A DNA stretch of 64,000 bases from assembly GCF_009914755.1 (NCBI RefSeq), contig NC_060931.1, one strand, 5' to 3'. The DNA is from the human T2T-CHM13v2.0 reference genome, Homo sapiens. This document shows positions 26,232 to 39,849 of the stretch, in pieces; the stretch's first letter is position 1; every line of letters starts with the position of its first letter. The notes under the pieces were generated by a model, which saw only the letters and a program-made list of their open reading frames with translations, was not told the DNA's origin and searched no databases. The position numbers and the translations under genes were made by a program.

Positions 26232-28753
26232 TTAGTTTAGTGTATATTATGCTGCATTTACTAAGTGATACATATAACTGAAAAGAGAGGAAAATAATAA
26301 GTGCTGAAGTAACGGTGGCTAAATTTATACAAGTTATTTTTAGAATATATATACAGGGTAAGACTCACTTGGTTGAAGGAGAGAGTGTACTTTAGATGTT
26401 TTATAGAAAGCAGAGTAAGCAAAATGAGTAGTATTGTTTGATGGGACATGAACTATCATATGACATGAAGCTAGGGAGTAATATGGAACTAAGATTCCTA
26501 TTTAAAAATAAAAATAATTCCATCTTGTGATTTATAAATCCTGACAAGTAGTTCTCTTTTTCACATAAGAATGACCAGGCCATTAACTCTTTGATGTGCC
26601 ATAGCCATGGCATTTATTACTGATGGTGCCATCCTGTCTTTGTCTGAGCATTTGTCTTCCCTCCTACACTGTGAGGTCCTGGACATTGGGAACCAAGACT
26701 TAGAAAGGGCACGTGGAGAGAATGGATGCATGCAGGCTATGCAGGGTGGCAGGCCTGTTTCTGCCTGGAGATGGGTGCGTCAATACTCAACAGCTCCTAA
26801 GGATGAGCTAACATACATGTGCCAATTGAAATTACAAACTGAAGAAGGGCAATGCTAACCAAGAGAAGCATGATGCAGCAAAATGATTTCACCATGAATG
26901 ACCCAGCTAAGTCATTGCATTAAGTAATGACGTGAAAGCTTCCCTGAGATGTGCCTTTAGTAAAACCACTCAAATGTGCTTTGGGCTTGCAGAGTCCTCC
27001 TCATCCTATGATCAAAGCCTGGGAGCTAGAGATGGACTTGTTTTCCTCATCTATAACCTGATATACAAAAGATACCCAGAGAGGAGATGCCACTTGCTTG
27101 AACTAGACATGTTGTTCCTCTTTGTCGGCCCATAATTGTGCTTCTCTCAACTCCTCTGGACTGTCAGCTTGAAGATGAGTTAGCCTGTGGGGTGTGGTTT
27201 GAGAGGCCGTCATCGGATGGCCTTGAAAATTTGGGGTATAGTCTTTGATCCAGCTCTTTTCCATGGCATTCTCTGAAGTGAATTCCTTTTGTCCCCCAAA
27301 CTCGTAATTTCTTTCTCATCTTAAAGAGTCACCTTCTGCCTCAGACCCTAAAATAATGTAGATCTTAAGCCTCCCAAGTGTGGCTATGAGGTAAATATAG
27401 ACGTAGGATTTAGATAAAACCATAGATTGATAAAACAATTAGATTTATTAAACAATAGTGCAAGATATTTAATAGGCCATCCCTAGAGGTTGTGTACTCT
27501 CAAATGTTTTCCACTGTTAGAGGCCTTCTCAAGCACCCATGATGGAGATCTAACCTCAACTTGAATTGTTTCCTCTTCTTGATTTACAAGTCACCTTAGT
27601 AATATTGTGAAGTACCTGGAGTGGTTAGAAGTTCCTGGGGAATGAGTCTGCCTCAATAGAAGAAAGAACTTGCTACATTTCCTTAAGGGGAGGTAGGAAT
27701 GGCTGGGGCTACCAACTCTGATATTGGACATTGATGTTAGGGAATAAAAGGATGTTTCAGACAAATAGTCTCTTGCAGCCTCTTTCAGAGATACTAGACT
27801 CAGTAGCCCTAGGCTCACGAACAAGGTGATGAAGAATAAGCTCAAACTTCGAAAATAAAGGCTAGGACTGGGCATAATGGACAGGAAGAAGACAAGAAGT
27901 GGGACATGGAAATCAGGATTAAGGCAAAACAGTGCAGCAAAGCCAGCCAGGCATTCAGGAACAGCGACTTTGTTAAGATCTACCTTAATCTCCTAGTTGG
28001 CTCTGATCCACTGGGACATTTATTCCGGCTTTATTATGTGGCCATGTGACTGTGGGAGCTTAAGGTAGGTAAAAAGATTTACTCTGTTTAGGCAAGCCAT
28101 GGCAGATGAAAAAGAGATTCATTCCTCCTAGAAACATATAATCTTGCTTCAGTCGACTTAAGGAAAGGAAAATGTTTTCTCCTGGAAATGTAATTACTGT
28201 GGCTATTCCATCATACATTTATACTTTCACTTTTTCCCTAAAGACTTTTTTCTCCTGCTTGGAGATGTTGCAGAATCCATTAATTTGATATGATGCAGGT
28301 TGTTATAAGTAATCTTTCTTTCTGTCATAACTTGATGGAAAATGTTAAATTTTATATATTAGATTTGGGAAAACCACTTTCTCATCTTCTTCAACTAATT
28401 GCACATGATAATGTGTTAACTATGAATATAAATAGAATGTCAAGACAATTCAGGAAAAAATGCAATTATTTTTAGAGTAAAACTGAGAATCTATTTGTGT
28501 TATCAGGGTTGGTTTTTTCTGTGGTGTCTCTTTTCTCAGGCAGGATCTCTAGGTTGTCCACTCTAGATATTGAATGCTTACGGAGGAGAGAGAAATCCGA
28601 GGCCACCTAGGGTAGATAAGAGCTTAGCCTTATTTCCATCTGTTTGACACACAACCAACTGGAGGAAATAGCAGAACACCCCTTTTCCTCTCTTTTGCAT
28701 CAATGATTTCCATATATTCTCATTATGTTTAGCAAACTTCTTAAGCAGTTTTC

Positions 28754-29260
<507 letters not shown>

Positions 29261-29679
29261 CTTCTTAAGCAGTTTTCAAGTTTGGAGTTTGCTTTTGCTT
29301 ATTGGGCTACAGCTGCAGCATCCTAATATTCTTTTTCTGTTATCACTGAGTTTCAGTCTTCCCCTCTAAATGCATCTGGACAGGCTCAGAGCTGGAGAAA
29401 CAGGAAGTCCAGAAGGGCAGAAGGTGACATTTCTGGGCTGCAACTTAAACAACCCAGCCTTGGCCATAACTTTATTTCTTCACCTACCCTTGGTATCAAA
29501 TATCCAGCCAAACATTAATATATATGACACATCTGTCTTCCTTTTTTTTAACCTTTTAAGCAAATATTTATCAAAATCCTACTATGCTGGGCTCTGTGCT
29601 AGCTACTGGTGCAGAAAAAGAAACGGACAGAAACCTAACCAATGTGGATAAGAACAGTCGGTCGTGAAACAGGGCTTGA

Positions 29680-29989
<310 letters not shown>

Positions 29990-30726
29990 CAGAGCATTTT
30001 CTAGTAGTAGAAATGAGCCAGATGTTGGATATATAGAAACAGCACTAGTCCGAGTATGGGGTCTTTCCTCTTATTGCTAGGCATTAGCAGTGCAATTTAG
30101 GGAAGATGCTTAAAATTATCTCCAGGCTCAGTGTTCTCATCCAGCAAATGAAGGGGCTTAAATATAACTTAGCAAATTCAGCTCCAAAATTTTACCACAT
30201 ACATAACAATGTACATATGTGTGTGTATTTGGTCTGTAATTATTATAAATATGAAGTTAAAATATACAGTGAACTCTCTCACCTGTTGTTTTGGGCCTGC
30301 TGCATTGCCTTCTCATTTTTCCACCATTTTTTTTTTTCTGCTTTCCCTCTGTTGAGGTTCATCTCACCATCATAACAAAACTGCTTCACTTTGCTTAAAG
30401 TTAGTCCTCCTTTTAAACTTTGATTTCTGCTACTCATTTTTCCTTTTTTTTTTTCCTAAACAGGGGGTCAAGAAAGGAAGAAATCAACAGAGCAAAATTA
30501 TACATTTTGGTCAATAGGTTTCTTTTAATTGTGTTTGTTAAAGTCCAGCCTCCTTATATCCTATTTAATATATTCCATTGAGATCATTTTCAATCTTGAA
30601 GTTCCTTCTCATTTTTTCCATTAAAGAAAAGGTGAAGCTAATTTCTTGCTTTTAAAAAAATTAATAGCAACGATTATTATTGGAATTACAGTAAAGGCAA
30701 AATGGAGAGTTATTATGAATTGCTGA

Positions 30727-31339
<613 letters not shown>

Positions 31340-31924
31340 CTTCACCTATTCTATGATTTTAATGGCTTAGTCATTGCCTCAGAAGATGCAATTCTCATTT
31401 CTCTTTTGTATATTTTCTATTCTTTCATAATCAGCACCTACTAATTTTTAAGAATTTTTTGACTCTAACTTCTTGCAGGCTTTCTTTTCTACATATATTT
31501 TTAATGTTTATTTAAAACACAGCTGAGACCATATTATTGAGGGTACAGCTTTTATATTTTGTAAACTGTTGGTTTGATGGCTATGTTATGAAATATATAT
31601 GAAATATCTTTTCTTTTGCACTGACTTTCAGAATTCTTTAAGGGCTGTTTTGTTTGCGTTAAGTCCTAGTTACCATCTGTGGGCTTCCAGATCCATGAAG
31701 ATTTCTGTGGGGGGAAACTGTTATATTTACCTCCTTAGTGAGAAATACAAAATGATTTAAACATCCCCTTTGGCCTTAGAGGGAAGATAAGAAATGGCAG
31801 CAAAAGATGCATGGATGTGTAGGTTCACCCTGGCGTCTCTGGAGTCAGAGGGAAGCTCTCCTCTGTTCTACCCAATGTGACCCCTGTCCTCTTCCACTCC
31901 TTGGGAGGCAGAGCTGTCTCTGTT

Positions 31925-32142
31925 TGGTAGTGGAGAATAGTTCAAACTTGGGTGTGAGACAGCCCAGATTTGAATCTTCACTTCCCCATTTATCAGCCAT
32001 GTCTCTAACTTCCCTCAGGCTCAGTTTCCTTATCTATAAAAGGGCATAATCATACGAGCCACCTTGTGGATTTATTCAAGGATATGTGATAGCATGAAAC
32101 ACTTCGCTCAATGCGTGGTACCCATTAAGAGTTCAATAACAT
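31925..32142 (+). mobile_element. MIR SINE
   Basis: 'gatttgaatc...ctcagtttccttatctataaaa' MIR core. Confidence 0.7.
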
Positions 32143-32379
32143 TAAAAACTATTTGGCAGCTGCTATCCTTATTTGTTTTATTTCATTATCATTATCATGA
32201 TGTTTTTTGTGTCTCAAAGCCTGTCTTTGAATAGGCTTTTTCAGTTCTTGGGATTCCTGGCAGGTGGATGACCCAGTGTTTCACTTGGACATCATATTTT
32301 AGCCGCAGCTCAGAGCAGACACTGAGAAGGCTCCTGGTGGCTGCTGCGCACCACCTGAGGAAGACACTTTTTTCATGGG

Positions 32380-32751
32380 CGATATGGTTTGGCTCTGTGT
32401 CCCCACCCAAATCTCATTTTGAATTGTAATTCCCACATGTGGAGGGAGGGACCTGGTGGGAAGTGACTGGATTATGAGGGCAGATTTCCTCCTTGCTGTT
32501 GTAGTGATAGTGAGGGAGTTTTCTCAAGATCTGGTTGTTTGATAAGTGTCTAGCACTTCTCTTCTCACTAGCTCTCTCCTGTCACCTTGTGAAGAAGGTG
32601 CTTGCTTCCCCTTCACCTTCCGCCTTGGTTGTAAATTTCCCGAGGCTCCCCCCATGCCATGCAGAACTGTGAATCAACTGAACCTCTTTTGTTTATAAAT
32701 TACCTAGTCTCAGGCAGTATCTTTATAGTAATGTGAAAACTGACTAATACA
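32380..32751 (+). mobile_element. MSTA/THE1D-type MaLR solo LTR
   Basis: 'gatatggtttggctctgtgtccccacccaaatctc...gactaataca'; TSD ATGGG. Confidence 0.92.
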
Positions 32752-33761
32752 ATGGGAGAGTTCTTTTAATGTACACCTCTGTGTCCCAGTAGTGTTGTTT
32801 TAGAAGTCAAAAGTGCTGGTCAGACCAGAGATAGGGTGCTGGCCAGTCAACTCCCCTTTTACCAAAGGCACTTTCCCAGTCATTCCCATCTATCAGCAAT
32901 GCACTTTTGAGAAGTAGCACTGTGGAAGTACATTGCTAGTATTTTATTCTGAAACAAGATTATAGGACATACCTCGAAGCCGAAGACTCACACATAACCT
33001 TTGGGTCAAGTGTGTCAAGACTGGTTTACAGCAAGTCAGAAAGGTATAATATACACAGCTGCCCTGTTTAAATCTGAAGCCAACAATCCAATTTCCTCTG
33101 GCCTTCTCTTCCTGAGTTCAAATTGGAGCCAATTTCCTTCACCTTTTCCCCAGTGGCATGATTTCCAGTCTTCTCACTGCTCAGATTTTCTAATTAGTCT
33201 TTACTCCAGATGTGATCTGAGCAAAATAGAGTGCATGACCTCCTTCCATTATTTGGGAATGATATCTCCATGACTGAATTCTAAGACTGTGTTAACATTT
33301 AAGTAACGTTGTCACATAATTTTTTTTTTTTTTACTGCCAAAGCAGTTGGAGGTTTAAGTTAACTCTGTTGTCAAGCCATATTTTCCTCTATTACATCCT
33401 GCAATTGATTTTTTTTTAACAATGCAGGACTTTCTATTAATAAGCAAAATGCTTTTTGACGTGAAATTTTTACTAGTCCTGACTCCACTTACTTGTAACA
33501 ACATCTACCTGACAATCATTCACACTATTCTGTGCTGAACTTGTCCTGGACCTAGAAAACCCAAATATCCCCTCAATGTCATTCCAAAGACTTCTTATCT
33601 TCTAGTACAATGCTTTACACGCAGAAAATAAAGATGTACTTCACATAACTAACACATGAGAACCTGGAGTTTTACAAAAGTAAGGTATTATTCACTTGGT
33701 AAAGGAATTCACTTTGGGAAAAAACCCTCTTGACATTTGTTGAAATAGCAAGTTAATACAT

Positions 33762-36437
33762 TGTTAGTCCATTTTTGCATGGCTATAAAGAAATACCTGA
33801 GACTGGGTAATTTCCAACGAAAAGAGGTTTAATTGGCTCACGGTTCTGCAGGCTGTGCAGGATGCATGATGCCGGCATCTGCTTGGCTTCTGGGGAGGTC
33901 TCATGAAACTTACAGTCATGGCAGAAGGCAAAGGAGGAGTAGGCACGTCACATGGTCAGAGTGGGAGGAAGGAGGGGAAGTGACACACACTTTTAAACAA
34001 CCAGACCTCATGAGAACTCACTCACTATCACAAGAACAGCACCAAAAGGGTGGTGCTACATCATTCATGAGAAGTCACCCCTGTGATCCAATCACCTCCC
34101 ACCAGGCCCCACTTCCAGCATTGGGGATTACAATTTGACATGAGATTTGGTGGGGACAGAGATCCAAACCATATCATTCTTCCTCTGGGACTGAAATCTC
34201 ATATTCTTCTCACATTGAAATATACAACCATGCCTTCTCAACCATCCCTCAAAGCCTTAACTCTTTCCAGGATTAACTCAAAAGTCCAGAGTCCAAGGTC
34301 TCATCTGAGACAAGGCAAAAATCTTCCACTTATGAGTTAGTTACTCCCAAGATACAATGGGGGTATAGGCACTGGGTAAATACTTTCATTACAAAAGGGA
34401 GAAATCAGCCAAAAGAAAGGGAGTACAGGCCCCACACAAGTCCAAACCCCAGCAGGGCAGTCATTAAATCCTACACTTCCAAAATAATCTCTTTTGACTT
34501 TATGTCCCACATCCAGGGCACATTGGTGCAAGGGGTGGGCTCCCAAGGCCCTGGGTAGCTTTGCCTCTGTGGCTTTGTAGGGTAAAGCTCCTGTGGCTGC
34601 TCTCACAGTTTGTTGAGTGCTTGCAACTTTTCTAGGTGCAGGGTGCAAGTTGCTGGTCAATTCTACTAACTCTGGGGTCTGGAGAATGGTGGTTCCTTTT
34701 TCATAGCTTTACTAGGAAGTGTCCCAGTGGGGATTCTGTGTGGGTCCTCCAAAATAATCTACAGTGACTCCATGGCCCATGTCCAGGGCACACTGGTGTG
34801 AGGGTTGGGCCAAAAACTTTGGGCAGCTCTGCACCTGTGGCTTTGCAGGGTTCAGCCTGTACAGTTGCTTTCATGAGCTGGTGTTGAGTACCAGCAGCTT
34901 TTCCTGGAACTGAGTGCAAGCTGTAGGTGAATCTACCATTCTGGAGTCCGGAGGACAGTGGCCCCCTTCTCACAGCTCCAGTAGGCAGTGCCCCAGTGGG
35001 GATTCTGTGTGGGGACTCCAACCCCACATTTCCCCTACACACTACTCTAGCAGAGGTACTTCATGAGGGCTCTGCCCCTGCAGCAAGCTTTTGCCTGGAC
35101 ATCCAGGCTTTTCCATACATCCTCTGAAATCTAGGCAAAGGTTCCCAAGCCTCAGTTCTTCTACTCTGCACACCCACAGGCTTAACACTACATGGAAGCT
35201 TCCAGTGCTTACAGCCTGAGCTGTATCTGGGACCCTTTGAACTGAAGCTGGAATTTGAGCAGCTGGAATGCAGGGAGCAGTGTCCTGAAGCAGCACAAGG
35301 GGCCTGGGCCTGACCCATGTTATGATTCAGTCTTCCTAGGCCTCCAGGCCTGTGATGGGATTTAGAACTCTAAAATGCCTTTGAGGTCTTTTTCCCATTA
35401 TCTTGGCTATCAGCACTTGCCTTTTAAGTTGTGCAAATTTCTCTAGCAAGTGGTTGCTCAGCAGCCCACTTGAATTTTTCTACAGAAAATGGGCTTTTCT
35501 TTTCTACCACATGCCCAGGCTGCAAATTTTTCAAACTTTTATGCTCTATTTCCCCTTTAAATATAAGTTCCAACTTTTTGACATTTATTTGCTCACACAA
35601 ATGACCATAGGCTGTCAGAGGCAGCCAGGCCACATCTTAAATGCTTTGCTTCTTTGAAAAATTTCTTCCACCAGATATTCTAAATCATCACTCTCAAGTT
35701 CAAACTTCCACAGATCTCTAGGATGTGGGCACAATGCATCCAAGTTCTTTTCTAAGGCCTAACACACATGACCTTTGCTCCAGTTCCCAATAAGTTCCTC
35801 ATTTCCATCAGACCTCATCAGCCTGGCCTTCACAGTCCGTATCACTATCAGCATTTTGGTCACAACATTCAACCAGTCTCTAGGAAGTTTCAAACTTTCC
35901 CTTATCTTCCTGTCTTCTGAGTCCTCCAAACTCTTCCAGCCTCTGCCCTACCCAGTTCCAAAGACGCTTCCACATTTTCAGGTATCTTTATAGCAAGGCC
36001 TCACTCCCTGAATGGATTTTCTGTATTAGTCCATTCTTGTATTGCTGTAAATAAATAACCAAGATTGGGTAATTTATGAAGAAAAGTTTAATTGGCTCAT
36101 GGTTCCACAGGCTGTACAGGAAGCATGATGCTGGCATCTGCTTGGATTCTGGGGAGGCCTCAGAAAACTTACAATAATGGGAGAAGGTGAAGGGGAACAA
36201 GGTGTGTCACATGGCCTGAGCAGGAGGAAGAGAGGAGGTAGTGCCACACACTTTTAAACCACCAGATCTCAGGAGAACTCACTCACTATTGTAAGAATAG
36301 CGCCAAGGGGATAGTGCTAAACCATTCATGAGAAATCCACCCCCATAGTCCAGTCATCTTCCACCAGGCCCTGCCACAACATTGGAGGTTACAATTCAAC
36401 ATAAGATTTGGTGGGGACACAGATCCAAATCGTATAA
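33762..36437 (-). mobile_element. Complete MST MaLR provirus: LTR 33762-34176, internal 34177-36021, LTR 36022-36437
   Basis: Two similar MST LTRs flank MST/THE1-type internal sequence; 5-bp TSD TACAT on both outer sides. Confidence 0.93.
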
Positions 36438-36544
36438 TACATTAATGTGATTAGGTTGATTTAAGAACATTAAATTCACAACTTTCATGAATATTTTCCT
36501 CTAATTCAAGCAAAATTTTTTCTGTAATTTAGACGTTTGCCAAC

Positions 36545-37150
36545 TCACCATTTCACTTAGAGTAAATTGCCAGCTCCTGACCGTGGCCTGCAAGGATGGT
36601 GGAATGTCACATGGACTTGCCCCGCTTACTGCACTGACTTCATCTCTTAGCGCTCTCTATGTCACATGGACTTGCCCTGCTTACTGCACTGACTTCATCT
36701 CTTAGCGCTCTCTGTTTCACTTGGCGGCAGCCACATTGTTTCTTCTATTTCCATTTCCTTTCAAAACCTCTGTACTTGTGACTCCCCTACCTGCATGGCT
36801 CTTAGTCCACCTTAGATTAGTTACTCGTTCTCCTCATTCGGATCTGGAATCCAGTGCCAACCCTTCAACAGGGCTTCCCTGGGCTCCTGGTTAATGTCAC
36901 CTGCCCCCACCCATTCAGATGCGGTTCCATCAAAGCCACAACCCTGACTTATTTTCACTACGGTCACCCTATGTCTTGTTTATTCCCAGGCAGTTTCTAT
37001 GGATGCCTGCTTTCCTGGTGTAATTATTCTCCAAAGTGTTCTGGCTTAAATACTAAATTAAACACTAAATATGGTTATCATATTTATCACTTCCAGAAAT
37101 GATCATATTTATTGATTTTTTTCACATTCTTCTTGCACTAGAATGTAAAG
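36545..37150 (+). mobile_element. L2 3' fragment
   Basis: 'catttcacttagagtaaa...ctcctgaccgtggcctgcaagg' and 'ctagaatgtaa' resemble L2. Confidence 0.55.
36604..36713. repeat. 55-bp x2 tandem duplication
   Basis: atgtcacatggacttgcc(c/t)gcttactgcactgacttcatctcttagcgctctct occurs twice with one mismatch. Confidence 0.97.
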
Positions 37151-37155
37151 AACTA

Positions 37156-37467
<312 letters not shown>

Positions 37468-38779
37468 AACTAAAGAACAGAAATTTTGTGACAGGCATTT
37501 ATGTAAGTACTCAGAAGACAACAGTCAATTTAAAAAAAATTAAAACTCAATACATATTTATTGCTAGAACCAATTAAATAAAGTAGTTACAAATTTTCAT
37601 ATCATATATTTGTACACAAATGAATAAAAGGTCTTGAGTGAATTTTGGATCAGGTATCATTTCATACTTATTTGGACTTATACGTCAAATAATGTATAAG
37701 TAGGATAAACTCACACTTGTCAGAGGAATGAGACTGCAAAGTAGTTGTCAAACAGTACATGAAAACAACTCTTGTTTTAAAAGGTTTCTTCTACTATGTT
37801 GCATGAACTTTCTTAAAGGGAGCAGTGACTTACACATTAATAGCTGGGATACTTGCTCCACCTTTGTCAATTTTCTCTTTCATATATATCTGGTCTAGAT
37901 ATATAACAAGTTATTCTTGATCATTTACACAATATTCTTGTCAGTAGTCATAATTGCCACAGTTGTCTTATTCAGCAAGTCAAGTGCTGAGGTATATCAC
38001 AATCAAGAAAATCAGCAGAAAATTTCTATTGGAAGGAAGAGATGAATATTAACATTGAGTAAAAAAGTTTCAGTTTTTTGAAAAATCAAGCCAGAATATT
38101 TCAGGCATTTTCTACTTTGTTTCTGAGTTTGGAGAACTTTCATTACTTGAGAAAGCAAGTCTCAAGTAATGAGTGCAGGTCTTGGCATGGTAATGGTAGA
38201 TTGGATGTTATTGATTGGTACAGCACAATTTATATTCTCTATATTAATAAGAGACAGACAAACAGTAGGAGAGAGAAAGATAGTGCATATTTATTGCTTA
38301 TGGGAGAGGACTTATTTATCCACAGAGGTTGGCAACATGGGGGTCGTAGCAGGCCCTTGTAAATGGGACCATTGTGTGAATAAAAAACAGGTTATCCTTT
38401 GAGAAGTTAAATTGGAAAACAAAGCTGAGGCTGTATTTCAAGTCCCATTTGTCTGCTTGGCTTGGAAACTTTGAGCAGTACAGCATCCACATCACTTTAT
38501 CTGGAAGCCCTTAGGAATGGGCACATGTTACATAGCAAAGACAATTTTATTCTTAAAGGTTTGTAAAACTGATTGAAATTAAACATTTACCTGGATAACT
38601 ACATAAATCCATTTTTATTCCTTTCTCATCACAGGGATACTTTATTCACATCCATGTCTTAGACACTAAGCAAAGCATTGCATAAGCATGTCATCAGGTT
38701 ATAGTAAATGGCCGGAGACTGTTGCTCCTGCCCTAAAAGTACGCGTGGTCCAGATAAGTTATATAATCATAGGTGTTTT

Positions 38780-39078
38780 TATTTTTATTTTTTGAGACAG
38801 AGTCTCACTCTGTTGCCCAGGCTGGAGTGCAGTGGCATGATCTCAGCTTGCTGCAACTTCTGCCTCCCAGGTCCAAGTGATTCTCCTGCCTCAGCCTCTT
38901 GAGTAGCCAGGACCTCAGGAGTGTGCCAGCATGCCTGGCTAATTTTTTTTTGTATTTTAGTAGAGACAGGGTTTCACCATGTTGGCCAGGCTGGTCTTGA
39001 ACTCCTGACCCCAGGTAATCCACCTGCCTCAGCCTCCCAAAGTGCTGAGATTACAGGTGTGAGCCACCGCACCTGGCC
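38780..39078 (-). mobile_element. AluS (Sx-like)
   Basis: Full Alu; perfect 15-bp TSD aatcataggtgtttt. Confidence 0.95.
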
Positions 39079-39849
39079 AATCATAGGTGTTTTCAAAAGC
39101 AATTGAGAACCAAGAACACAGAGAAACTTAAATTAATTAATTTTCAATAAGAGACAAGCCCTTCCAGGAAGAGAAGGGCCCATGGCTACTTTTATCCTTG
39201 ATAAGTTTCTCTTTACCCCAATGTATGGTATGATTGATGTGACCAAACTTAAACAAACAAAAAACTGCTCTTATCAGTCATGTGAAGCTGACATGATAGT
39301 TTGGAATTCTGAGGATCTCCAGTCACACAGCAAACCCACACCTACCCACCGAATCTTTGTCCTAGACCTTTCCCGTGTGCACAGTAGCAGCAACAAAGAC
39401 GGAGGGTGAGACAGGAGGACTGAGTAAGCAGCTACTGTGCATAGAACCTTTACTAACCACAAGGCAGGGCCCTGCTGAAGGCCTGGGGAGTGCAGGGAAG
39501 CTGCTTGAGACCCTAAGGCACCATGGGCCTTTACTGCATGCAAAGTGGCAGCAAGTCAAAGTCTGTCCCTGCTGCAGCAGGATGGCGCCATCTCCTGAGG
39601 CCGGCTGTCATGCATAGAGAGACCCTCAGAATTTCACCAATGCTCAAACTGTAAATTTTGCTTAGAAGATAAAAATCTTTATCTTTCCCTCAAAGCCAGA
39701 GGAGAACTGAATATAATAAAAGCTGCAACAAAGCCCAGACTCAGCCCAGTTGCAGATATCACCGATTCAGCTTCTCACTCTTTTCAAGGCAAATAGTATC
39801 TATCATATTTAATTCTCAATTATTCTTTTAATGGAACTTACAAAATATA

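Noticed and set aside
34337-35318. Cluster of 80-113 aa ORFs
   Set aside because: Fragments within the degenerate MaLR internal region, broken by stops and frameshifts.
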